64,000 bases of DNA from positions 3,104,001 through 3,168,000 of the forward strand of contig OZ255721.1 of assembly GCA_965277285.1 (NCBI GenBank), written 5' to 3'. The stretch comes from Abditibacteriaceae bacterium. GTDB lineage: Bacteria; Armatimonadota; Abditibacteriia; Abditibacteriales; Abditibacteriaceae. Position 1 is the first letter of the stretch, and each line of letters begins with the position of its first letter. This document shows, piece after piece, positions 9,528-17,992 of this stretch. The translations under genes were made by a program, and so were the position numbers. A model generated the notes under the pieces. The model had not been told where the DNA came from and searched no databases. It worked only from the letters and a program-made list of their open reading frames with translations.

Positions 9528-9797
9528 ATGATTTTAGAAGTGAACGACGAACTCAAAGCGATTTGTGAGAAAATCGAGATTGAAAATCTCTCGTTGGAAG
9601 ATTGGCGCGAAACCGAATCTGGCGACGAATTTCAAAGCGAACATTTCTGCGGCGGTTATGATGCGGACGAAGACGCATTTTGCTTCAGCTACTACGATGC
9701 GAACAAAGTCGAATGGTGGTTTCAGATTACGTTGGACGAAGTGCATCGTATTCAACGCAAAGAGTTAATAAACGTTGAAGCTCGTGAGGCACAATAA
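9528..9797 (+). CDS. Hypothetical acidic protein (paralogue of 10496-10726)
   Basis: AAGGTG RBS; strong similarity to the nearby paralogue. Confidence 0.7.
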   Translation: MILEVNDELKAICEKIEIENLSLEDWRETESGDEFQSEHFCGGYDADEDAFCFSYYDANKVEWWFQITLDEVHRIQRKELINVEAREAQ

Positions 9798-9873
9798 AAA
9801 AGTTCAACGACACATCTATCAATTCTGCTTCGAGTACTCGATTGGTAATGCAACCGAGAAAACGTATCGTTTT

Positions 9874-10086
9874 ATGTCTCCCGAATTTCAAAGCGACCTC
9901 AACACTTTGATCGAAGCCAACCGCGAACGCGCCTTATGGTCGCTGTCGCGCGATGTTGTGCCACAGACACCGCAAGCTGCGCGGCGTATTTTGGAAACCA
10001 TCGCGGCGCGCGGCGACCGAGCGACGTTTGTGCGCGCCCGCCAATTGTTGCGCGAACTTGATGCTGCGGAAACGGAAGCGGCTTAA
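9874..10086 (+). CDS. Small hypothetical helical protein
   Basis: ORF lies between two palindrome copies; start MSPEF inferred. Confidence 0.5.
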   Translation: MSPEFQSDLNTLIEANRERALWSLSRDVVPQTPQAARRILETIAARGDRATFVRARQLLRELDAAETEAA

Positions 10087-10121
10087 CATATCATGGTTTC
10101 GAGTACTCAATTGGAGGCCAG

Positions 10122-10499
10122 ATGAGCGAAGCGAAGATTACCAAGAATGAAGTGAAAGAGTTTGTCGAGGCCGCGCATGGCGATCTTGATAAAGTGCAGC
10201 AAATGCTGAGCAGCAAGCCACTTTTGCTCGATATGCCCAATGGAAACGAAACCGCTCTGGGCGCAGCGTGCCAGATGAAGCGGAAAGACATCATCGAATA
10301 TTTGCTGGCTCATGGTGCGCCAATGGACATTTATGCGGCGTGTGTTCTGGGCCTCGCGGAGAAAGTCGGTGAATTTTTAGATGCCGATCCGTTGTTGGTC
10401 AACAAGAAAAACAAGCAATCCCACGTCAAGCCGCCGCTCTTCTTCGCTTCCGAACAGCCGAAAATACTGGCGCTGCTGAAAAGCCGGGGCGCAAAATGA
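10122..10499 (+). CDS. Ankyrin repeat protein
   Basis: AAHGDLDKV, ETALGAAC and IIEYLLAHGA ankyrin patterns; GGAGG RBS. Confidence 0.8.
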   Translation: MSEAKITKNEVKEFVEAAHGDLDKVQQMLSSKPLLLDMPNGNETALGAACQMKRKDIIEYLLAHGAPMDIYAACVLGLAEKVGEFLDADPLLVNKKNKQSHVKPPLFFASEQPKILALLKSRGAK

Positions 10500-10726
10500 C
10501 TCTTTCCGTAAATGACGAATTCAAAGTGATTTGTCGGCAAATCGAGGTCGAAAACTTTTCGGTCGAAGATTGGCGCGACGCGGAATCCAGCGATGAGTTT
10601 CAAGGCGAGCATTTTTGTGGCGGCTACGATGCGGACGAAAAAGAATGGTGGTTTCAACTCACGTTGGATGAAGTGCAAAATATCCTGCGTGGAGAGTTGA
10701 CAAATTTCGAAACTCGTGCGGCATAG
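10496..10726 (+). CDS. Hypothetical protein; internally deleted paralogue of 9528-9797 (possibly a pseudogene)
   Basis: Aligns with 9528-9797 apart from a 12-aa deletion; ATGA overlap with the ankyrin gene. Confidence 0.6.
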   Translation: MTLSVNDEFKVICRQIEVENFSVEDWRDAESSDEFQGEHFCGGYDADEKEWWFQLTLDEVQNILRGELTNFETRAA

Positions 10727-10740
10727 TAGCGCGAACAATA

Positions 10741-10775
10741 AAAAGTCCAGCGAACATTTAATCGCTGGACTTTTT
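10741..10775. terminator. Bidirectional terminator hairpin
   Basis: aaaagtccagcga-loop-tcgctggactttt between convergent genes; palindrome 6 nt downstream. Confidence 0.7.
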
Positions 10776-10794
10776 CGTGCTTCGAGTACTCGAT

Positions 10795-11220
10795 TCAGGC
10801 TTCTTCTGTTGTCAAGTCATCGAACGGCTTTTTGGAAGAAGATTCTTTGCGCAAATCGTCTTGCAGGTTTGCGCGAGTTTCGCGCGCGGCCAGCGAACCT
10901 TCCTGAATCGCATCTTGCAACGCGGGACGAACGTGTTCATTGAAGGTTTGCGCGACATCCTTGGCGCGTCCGGAGAGACCTTTCACGCGACCCGATAAAC
11001 GTCCCAAGCGCGATTGCAGGTTTTTGGCGTTGTTTGCAGTTGCGCGCAACGATTCCTGTGCTTCGGCGTGCGCCGCTTGTTCGCCGCTGCGCGCGATGAA
11101 ATATGTCGCCGCAGCGCCTAAGACGGCGCCGAACAAGACGAAGCCCATGGCGGATGAAAAGGTTGGGCCAGCGTGAATGACTACGGTTTCGGGCGCGAGG
11201 TTATTTCTTTTTTCGGCCAA
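10795..11220 (-). CDS. YtxH-like protein
   Basis: GFVLFGAVLGAAA hydrophobic segment then helical region; AGGAGG RBS before TTG; adjacent to a DUF948-like gene. Confidence 0.65.
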   Translation of the reverse strand: MAEKRNNLAPETVVIHAGPTFSSAMGFVLFGAVLGAAATYFIARSGEQAAHAEAQESLRATANNAKNLQSRLGRLSGRVKGLSGRAKDVAQTFNEHVRPALQDAIQEGSLAARETRANLQDDLRKESSSKKPFDDLTTEEA

Positions 11221-11650
11221 GCAAACCCCTCCTTTCCTCGACGACAATCGTTTTCTTGTTGCCGCGCAGGGCACGCGCTCCAGCCAGCACGCCGCTCAGG
11301 ATGCCGACCGATTTCACCAGCGGCGATTCGGCGCGCGCCATCACGCTGCTGGCGATGTGCGTTACGCGATCCACGGTTCCGGTTACGTTGGAAGTCGTCT
11401 GGCGCGCGTCGTCGCTCATCGACTTGACGTTGCCGACGGTGGCGTCCACGTTGGTCATCATCGTCGGCATTTTTTTATTCACTTCGTCCATCGTTTTGCG
11501 CACATCGCCCAGCAGTTCTTTGGTTGCACCCAAAAGCATGAAGGCCGCAAACGCGATAACGGCAACGGAAATGGCGAACACGATTTGCGAAAGCGCGATG
11601 AGATACATCGTCCAGGTCGGAAAGTTAGAAATCGAAACTTCGGGTGGCAT
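11201..11650 (-). CDS. DUF948/YoxC-like membrane-anchored coiled-coil protein
   Basis: One TM helix then heptad-like repeats; GAGGAG RBS. Confidence 0.65.
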   Translation of the reverse strand: MPPEVSISNFPTWTMYLIALSQIVFAISVAVIAFAAFMLLGATKELLGDVRKTMDEVNKKMPTMMTNVDATVGNVKSMSDDARQTTSNVTGTVDRVTHIASSVMARAESPLVKSVGILSGVLAGARALRGNKKTIVVEERRGLLGRKKK

Positions 11651-11872
11651 CGAAAAACTCCTCAGATTGATACGCGGCGTTAGGCTTTGCTGTTGCGTTC
11701 TATTGTAGCAAGTTTGTCGCAAATTGCTGTGACATCGGGCGCGCTCCTGTCGCAAATTAAACGCCGCGTTTCGCGTTTCGAGTACTCGATTCGACTTGTT
11801 TAGTTGCACAAGAAGATGTAACATTTGATGTGCATTTCGCTACCACGAAATCAAAATTAAAGGAATGACACC

Positions 11873-12157
11873 ATGAGCACGAAAATCTATGAAAAGGAGA
11901 TGACGATCGTTGAAGCGCGCAAAAGGCTGACTCAATTGCCGGAAGAATTTGCGAGTGGGACAAGCGCGATTACGGTCACGCGGCGCGGCAAACCCGTTAT
12001 GTCGGTGATGCCGTTCGAGTTGTATGACGCTCTCATGGAAACCCTCGAAATAGCGAGCGACCCGCAATTGATGACTGAACTGCGAAATGGAATCGAGGAA
12101 GCGCGCAACGGTCGAACGAACTCATGGGAAAGCGTGAAACAAAAGAACGGCTGGTAA
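11873..12157 (+). CDS. Phd/YefM family antitoxin
   Basis: MTIVEARKRLTQL, ITVTRRGKPV and YDALMETLEIASDP patterns. Confidence 0.9.
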   Translation: MSTKIYEKEMTIVEARKRLTQLPEEFASGTSAITVTRRGKPVMSVMPFELYDALMETLEIASDPQLMTELRNGIEEARNGRTNSWESVKQKNGW

Positions 12158-12495
12158 CAGCGGCGAGCGAAGAACCAACGGCCACGACGTGGAAAATTGA
12201 GATTACTGCAACGGCGGAAGCGAGTTTGAAAGCGGTTAAAGACGCGCGCGTGCAGAAGAAATTGGTGGAAACAATTGATAGCTTGAGCCTTGAACCCGAC
12301 CGCAAAGGCAAAGCCCTGATCGGTGAATTGACGGGATTTCGCAGCATCCGCGCGGTCGGACAACGCTATCGAATCATTTACCAGTTGCAAGATAAGGTTG
12401 TGACAGTCACGGTCGTTTTTCTTGGAATGCGCAAAGAAGGCGACAAGAAAGACGTTTATCATTTGGCCAAACGGCTGTTGGGCTTGCTGGAATAA
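12124..12495 (+). CDS. RelE/ParE family toxin (start uncertain)
   Basis: WKIEIT..A, GKALIGELTGFRSIR, YRIIYQ; overlaps the antitoxin. Confidence 0.88.
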   Translation: MGKRETKERLVTAASEEPTATTWKIEITATAEASLKAVKDARVQKKLVETIDSLSLEPDRKGKALIGELTGFRSIRAVGQRYRIIYQLQDKVVTVTVVFLGMRKEGDKKDVYHLAKRLLGLLE

Positions 12496-12514
12496 ACTCT
12501 AATCGAGTACTCGA

Positions 12515-13090
12515 ATGAGCGTTTCAAAATTGCTCTACTATAAAGAAATGCGCGACAACATTCTGTGGAAGTTCTTCTCCAATCTTTTGTTTTATAAACA
12601 GCCAGTTTCGATTCGTTCTTCGTTCGGCGTTGAAGAATCGGTGCGACGTTTGTCGAAAGTGGTGTGCTGGTTTCCGTCTTTGTTTGGACAATCGCTGCTT
12701 GGAAGCGTCAAAGTTCATCGCGTCAGAATCCGTCGTGTCATTCCTTTCGTCGGAAATTCTTTCGCGCCCGTTTTCTACGGCTCGTTCCGAGAACATGATG
12801 GCATAACAATGTTGGAAGGCTACTTCGCCATGCATCGTTCCACCAGCCTCTTTCTTAGCGTTGGCCTCGGTTTTCTTTGTTTTATGTCCTTGCTTTTTGT
12901 CGTGGGTGCTGTCGTCGGCCACGTTCCCGTATCTTCACCTGTTCCTCGGTGGCAAGGTTTGATTTATAGCCTTCTACCGATAGGCATGATGCTCTATATG
13001 ATAGCCCTCACAAAAGTAGGTAAATGGTTCGCGCGCAACGACGAAGCGTTCATCGAGCAACGTATTTATGCGGTTTTGAGCGAAGTTTGA
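12515..13090 (+). CDS. Hypothetical membrane protein
   Basis: Two C-terminal TM segments; lower GC; ATG directly follows a palindrome copy. Confidence 0.55.
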   Translation: MSVSKLLYYKEMRDNILWKFFSNLLFYKQPVSIRSSFGVEESVRRLSKVVCWFPSLFGQSLLGSVKVHRVRIRRVIPFVGNSFAPVFYGSFREHDGITMLEGYFAMHRSTSLFLSVGLGFLCFMSLLFVVGAVVGHVPVSSPVPRWQGLIYSLLPIGMMLYMIALTKVGKWFARNDEAFIEQRIYAVLSEV

Positions 13091-13092
13091 AA

Positions 13093-14289
13093 TCACACCA
13101 AGGGTCGCGTTTTCGAGCGGTTTTTGCTGGAGCGTTGCGCGCTGAGGCCGCGACTCGTCATCAGTTCTTCCAGCAATTGATAAAACATTTCGCGGTCAGC
13201 GCCGCGCACCACCGCGTGTTCGTGCGCTTCCATCAGCGAAATCGGATAACCGTCGCCGCGCTCGATTTGCGCCAATGTCAAAGCGTGAATTTGATCAAGC
13301 CAATCGGCGTTCTGCGCGACCCAGATCGGAAATTCCAAGCGCGCCACGTTGTTGTCTTCAATTTTGAGGTAGAAAAAACAGGTTTGATGACGCGAGGCGT
13401 TGGCGTTTGTTGGCTTTCCAGTACTCGATTGCTGGTTGCGCCGCGACAGGAAAACCGGCGAACGCGCTCCATTTCCCAACAATTCGTCGAACAAACGCGC
13501 ATCGGAAAGCCGCGCCATTTGGGTGATAATGGCGCTTGTCTCTTCGTTTTCACTGCTCCATTCATTTGCTAAAACGCGCAAACTTGTGACGACATCTGTG
13601 GCGCGCGAAGCGGCGATGTAACCGCAAATCGGTTGACCGCAACTTCTCAAGCGATCCAGAGCGCGTTCGTTTTCGTTCTGCGCCCAATCGCGCCACGCTT
13701 GCTGTGACGAGATGCGCAAATCGAAAATGCCGTCGCTTATTCCCAAAGTCGGCACGTCACTTTGTTCTTCCAAAAGACGCGCCAGTTCGTCCAGTTCCGC
13801 GACGTGGCGGCGCGCGTCAATCAATTCGCGCACAACGATTGAACCGCTTTGAGATGCGGCGTTGTGCCAATCGTCGTCCATGCCGTTCCAAAAAAAGTGC
13901 GGCGTCGCCGACATCTGCGCCGAACCGTTTTGCCCGTAATGCAAATCAATCGCGCTCAGGTGCAGTAAATAACAATCGCTGATTTGGTGCGCGTCCGCGT
14001 AAATCTGCGAACCATCGGATGCCACAATCCGGTAATCGTCGGGCGCATTTGTCACCATGAAACTCGTGTTCGGCGCCATCGAGTTGTCCAATAATTGTGC
14101 TGGATGCCAGTTTTGCGGCACGCGCTCATGGTTCAAGGCGTCGGCAATCGTGCCATTGAAATCGTTTTCAACGCTGCGCTCGCACAATTCGCGCGACAAA
14201 TCGAAGGCGCCATCCAACGATTGCGGACGTGACGCTTCGTCGTCCAACATCTTTTCCATCTGAGATGATAAAATTGCAAAATCAAGCAT
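13093..14289 (-). CDS. nurA: NurA domain nuclease
   Basis: ASDGSQI, DG acidic motif, RLEFPIW and GYPISLMEAHEHAVV. Confidence 0.85.
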   Translation of the reverse strand: MLDFAILSSQMEKMLDDEASRPQSLDGAFDLSRELCERSVENDFNGTIADALNHERVPQNWHPAQLLDNSMAPNTSFMVTNAPDDYRIVASDGSQIYADAHQISDCYLLHLSAIDLHYGQNGSAQMSATPHFFWNGMDDDWHNAASQSGSIVVRELIDARRHVAELDELARLLEEQSDVPTLGISDGIFDLRISSQQAWRDWAQNENERALDRLRSCGQPICGYIAASRATDVVTSLRVLANEWSSENEETSAIITQMARLSDARLFDELLGNGARSPVFLSRRNQQSSTGKPTNANASRHQTCFFYLKIEDNNVARLEFPIWVAQNADWLDQIHALTLAQIERGDGYPISLMEAHEHAVVRGADREMFYQLLEELMTSRGLSAQRSSKNRSKTRPLV

Positions 14290-14341
14290 AAGAATTGGGA
14301 ATCGAGTACTCGACCCCGAAAATTGTCGGGTCAATAATTCT

Positions 14342-14406
14342 GTAGGGACGTCAGCTTGCTGCGTCCGTGTGTCAAAGGTGCGGGCGCAGCAAGCTGACGT
14401 CCCTAC
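14342..14406. repeat. REPIN-like element, family A, copy 2
   Basis: gtagggacgtcagcttgctgcgtccg ... cgggcgcagcaagctgacgtccctac. Confidence 0.8.
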
Positions 14407-14483
14407 AAGTTTGACCTCTCCTCTTGTACAAAGTAAACTCGCAGAGGTTGTGAAAAATTTCTCAAGCAGTTGGAAAAGCGAAA

Positions 14484-14990
14484 ATGACGATTCAAAAACC
14501 CCGCAACAAACGTTTTCTGATCGGGCCGATTATCATTGTTGGCGCGTTGGTTTCGCTGGTCGCAACCGGTATGAAATCGAATACGCTGCGCGCCGTTCCG
14601 GTCGATCAGTTGCGCGCGGCGGACGCGACTTCGGCGTCTTTTGTGTCGCAGCGTTTGCGTGTTGTCGGGCGCATCACGAACCAGCCAGTACGTAAAACCG
14701 ATTTGCAAACTGCGAATGGCACGGTTCAACTGGCGCAGTTCAGCATTGAGGAAAAAGGCAAAACCTTGCAGGTCGAATATAAAGACGCGCTGCCGGACAC
14801 GTTTCGCGCGGGCGGGCCGGTTCAAGTCGATGGCGTTTACACGGCGCCCGGCGTGATGCAAGCCGATCATGTCTTAACGAAATGTCCGTCGAAATACGAA
14901 GGCGCCAAAGACGGCAAAGCGGGAAGCTATCCGCAAAACGCGCCGCAAAGTTTGAAGAATACGTCGTTGGCGATGTTGCCATCGCAATGA
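14484..14990 (+). CDS. ccmE: Cytochrome c maturation heme chaperone CcmE (CxxxY type)
   Basis: N-terminal TM, LRVVG, LPDTFRAG, LTKCPSKY; directly upstream of ccmF. Confidence 0.9.
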   Translation: MTIQKPRNKRFLIGPIIIVGALVSLVATGMKSNTLRAVPVDQLRAADATSASFVSQRLRVVGRITNQPVRKTDLQTANGTVQLAQFSIEEKGKTLQVEYKDALPDTFRAGGPVQVDGVYTAPGVMQADHVLTKCPSKYEGAKDGKAGSYPQNAPQSLKNTSLAMLPSQ

Positions 14991-15005
14991 AATATGACAA
15001 TTGAT

Positions 15006-15067
15006 GAACCCGAAGCGTCAGCGAGGGAGATTTTAGAAAACATCTCCCTCGCTGACGCTTCGGGTTC
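15006..15067. repeat. REP-like hairpin, family B
   Basis: gaacccgaagcgtcagcgagggagat ... atctccctcgctgacgcttcgggttc; second copy at 55690-55753. Confidence 0.8.
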
Positions 15068-15092
15068 GTTGTAAGAAGGAATCGAGTACTCG

Positions 15093-17261
15093 ATGTTACC
15101 CATTTTAGGTCAAACGTTGTTGTGGATTGCGCTGTGTTGCGCCGCTTATTCAATCGGCGCGACGTGGTTCGCTTATCGCGCGCCTGCCGGTCGCGGTTCG
15201 GCATTTTTGGCGTCGTCGCACCGCGCCACAATTCTTGTTTTGGTGGCGCTTTCGAGCGCGGCGGTTTTGTTGTGGTATTTGTTCCTGACCAACGATTTCA
15301 GCGTCAATTACGTGTGGGCACATTCGACGGTTGACCAGCACGTCGCTTATAAAATCTCAGCTTTGTGGGGCGGACAAGCCGGTTCTCTGCTTTTGTGGGC
15401 ATGGATTTTAGCTCTTTATGCCGTTTTGGTGGCGCGTTTCGGCAAGCGGTCTTCGAGTGCCGAAGTGGGGCACTTTCTGGCGCCGACGGCGGTGGCGATT
15501 ATCAACATTGTCAGCGTCTTTTTTATTGGCATGATCGCGCTGGCGGCTTCTCCTTTTGAAGTCGGCAGCGGCGCGGTTCCCAAAGACGGTTTGGGCTTGA
15601 ATCCTCTGCTGCAGAACTATTGGATGCAGATTCATCCGCCGACGCTTTATACGGGTTACGTCGGTTGCACGATTCCCTTTGCCTTTGCGATGGCGGCGTT
15701 GCTGCATCGCAAAACCGACGGCGAATGGCTGGGCGTCGTGCGTCGCTGGACGCTGTTTCCGTGGGTGATTTTGACGATTGGCATCATCATGGGTGGGCGC
15801 TGGGCGTATGAAACTTTGGGCTGGGGCGGTTATTGGGCGTGGGATCCGGTTGAAAACGCGAGCCTGATGCCGTGGCTGACCGGAACCGCATTCATCCATT
15901 CGATTATGATTCAGGCGCGGCGCGGAATGCTCAAAACCTGGAACATGACGCTGGTGACATTGACGTTTTTGCTGTCGGTTTTCGGCACGTTCCTGACGCG
16001 CAGCGGCGTGATTTCCAGCGTGCATTCGTTCGCTGAAAGCAACATCGGGCCGTATTTTCTGGGATTTTTGGGCTTCGCTTTGTTCGCCGCTTTCGGTGTT
16101 ATCGTATGGCGGCGCGATGAATTGCAGGCGAAAACCGAACTCGATTCGGCCTTGTCGCGCGAAGGTGCGTTCTTGTTGAATAACTGGGTTTTGCTGGGCG
16201 CGACGCTCGCGGTTTTGTGGGGCACGGTTTTTCCAAGCATCAGCCAGGCGTTTAACGGCACGACGATTTCGCTGGGACAGCCGTATTTCAATCGCGTGAT
16301 GGTTCCACTGGGCTTGATTTTGTTGGCGCTGACCGGAATCGGGCCGTTGATGGCGTGGCGCAAAATGACGGCGCTATCCTTCTTTCGAGTACTCAAATGG
16401 CCGATCGTGTTCGGTGTTCTGGCTTCTCCTTTGTTGTGGTATTTAGCGCAGCAGGAGACCGGCGCGGCAACGGCGTTTTGCTTAGCCGTTTTCGTGGTTG
16501 TCGCTATCGGCGGCGAGTTCTGGCGCGGTACGCGAGCGCGTCAACGTTCGACGGGCGAAAGCGCGGGCACGGCGTTCAGCAATTTAATTGGTCGCAACAA
16601 AGCGCGTTACGGCGGCTACATCGTTCATCTGGGAATTGTGACGCTGATGGTTGGCGCGGCGGGCAACGCGTTCAAAATTGAAAGCGAAGCGATTGTCTTG
16701 AAAAAAGGCAACATCATGCCGGTGCGCAATGCGACGCGCGTCAGCGAATATGCCTTGCGCTTTGATGGATTGGCGCGGCCTCAAACGATTGAAGCGGGTA
16801 AAGCCGATGAAGTGGCGGCGTTAGTCACGGTCTTAAAAAACGGCGTGGCGATTGCGCAAATGTCGCCGCACGTCGATTTTTTCAAGGCGAATGGCAATGC
16901 GGACGCGACCTCGCAGCGCGATCAACCGTTGCAGCAGGCTTCTCGCCCCGCGATTATGGTGACGCCCGCGCACGACCTTTATTTGTCGCTCACTGATTAC
17001 GATCCGCAAAAGAATACGGCGCAAATCAAAGCGTTTTTGAACCCTTTGGTAATGTGGATCTGGGTCAGTTGTATCTTCTTCATTGGCGGCACGACGTTGT
17101 CGCTCTTGCCTGATCGCAAACGTGAAACCGTCGCAGCGGACGAGAAAACCCTTGCGCCTCCGACACCGAATCGAGTACTCGATAGGCCGACGCGCAATGA
17201 ACCGCGCAGCGGCGAAGTATTGGCAGCAACGGCGATTCGCAAGGAAGTTTCCGCGCCGTAA
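15093..17261 (+). CDS. ccmF: Heme lyase CcmF
   Basis: LWGGQAGSLLLW, GLNPLLQ, IHPP, WGGYWAWDPVENAS, SVHSFA motifs. Confidence 0.96.
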   Translation: MLPILGQTLLWIALCCAAYSIGATWFAYRAPAGRGSAFLASSHRATILVLVALSSAAVLLWYLFLTNDFSVNYVWAHSTVDQHVAYKISALWGGQAGSLLLWAWILALYAVLVARFGKRSSSAEVGHFLAPTAVAIINIVSVFFIGMIALAASPFEVGSGAVPKDGLGLNPLLQNYWMQIHPPTLYTGYVGCTIPFAFAMAALLHRKTDGEWLGVVRRWTLFPWVILTIGIIMGGRWAYETLGWGGYWAWDPVENASLMPWLTGTAFIHSIMIQARRGMLKTWNMTLVTLTFLLSVFGTFLTRSGVISSVHSFAESNIGPYFLGFLGFALFAAFGVIVWRRDELQAKTELDSALSREGAFLLNNWVLLGATLAVLWGTVFPSISQAFNGTTISLGQPYFNRVMVPLGLILLALTGIGPLMAWRKMTALSFFRVLKWPIVFGVLASPLLWYLAQQETGAATAFCLAVFVVVAIGGEFWRGTRARQRSTGESAGTAFSNLIGRNKARYGGYIVHLGIVTLMVGAAGNAFKIESEAIVLKKGNIMPVRNATRVSEYALRFDGLARPQTIEAGKADEVAALVTVLKNGVAIAQMSPHVDFFKANGNADATSQRDQPLQQASRPAIMVTPAHDLYLSLTDYDPQKNTAQIKAFLNPLVMWIWVSCIFFIGGTTLSLLPDRKRETVAADEKTLAPPTPNRVLDRPTRNEPRSGEVLAATAIRKEVSAP

Positions 17262-17315
17262 TTCGTTGGTCTTCGTTTTTCCTGCAAGCTACTTCTAAAC
17301 TCCAGAGAAACAAGG

Positions 17316-17386
17316 GTTTGTCATTCTGAGCGCAGCGAAGAATCTAAAGTGGTGCAAGATTCTTCGCTGCGCTCAGAATGACAAAC
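17316..17386. repeat. REP-like hairpin, family C
   Basis: gtttgtcattctgagcgcagcgaagaatct ... agattcttcgctgcgctcagaatgacaaac; degenerate copy near 61656-61716. Confidence 0.75.
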
Positions 17387-17430
17387 TGAAAGTTTGCAGA
17401 CTTTTCAAATAGCTTAAAGTCTTCGTTCCC

Positions 17431-17901
17431 ATGACACCTTTTCTCATCATTGTTCTTTGTTTGCTGTCCGCTGCTTTTGTTTTGTTGCCGTTGCGCACGC
17501 GCGCGCAGTCTGCTGATTTCGAGTACTCGAATGGCAGGGAGCAGAACAATCGCAAGCGTTTGATGGAAAAACAAAAGGGTTTGGCGCGCCAGATCAAAGA
17601 CATCGAGTTCGATTATTCGATGGGGAAAATCAACGCCGACGACTACGACCAGTGGCGCGGCGATTTGGATGCGCAACTAACGACAGTCAAAAATCAATTG
17701 CAAAGCGAAGCGACTAAACACACCGCGAATCCTGTGTTTGCGACAGATTTCGACGTTGAAGCCGAAGTACTCATCGCTCGCGCGCGACGCAAGCGCGCTT
17801 TGCAAAATGCTGTTAGCGGCGCAACTTGGACGTGTTCGTGTGGCCGCACGATGAGCGAAAACGACAGGTTTTGTGCGAGTTGCGGCGCGGCGCACGTTTA
17901 A
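17431..17901 (+). CDS. Membrane-anchored protein with CcmI-like N-terminus and C-terminal zinc ribbon
   Basis: TM helix, IKDIEFDYSMGKI..DDY motif, CSCG...FCASCG; in the ccm cluster. Confidence 0.65.
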   Translation: MTPFLIIVLCLLSAAFVLLPLRTRAQSADFEYSNGREQNNRKRLMEKQKGLARQIKDIEFDYSMGKINADDYDQWRGDLDAQLTTVKNQLQSEATKHTANPVFATDFDVEAEVLIARARRKRALQNAVSGATWTCSCGRTMSENDRFCASCGAAHV

Positions 17902-17907
17902 ATTCCA

Positions 17908-17978
17908 CAGAACCCCAAGCGTAAGCGCGGGGCTAACTTAGCTGTAACTTCAACCCCGCGCTTACGCTTGGGGTTCTG
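17908..17978. repeat. REP-like hairpin related to family B
   Basis: cagaaccccaagcgtaagcgcgggg ... ccccgcgcttacgcttggggttctg. Confidence 0.7.
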
Positions 17979-17992
17979 CAGTTCTTCCATCT

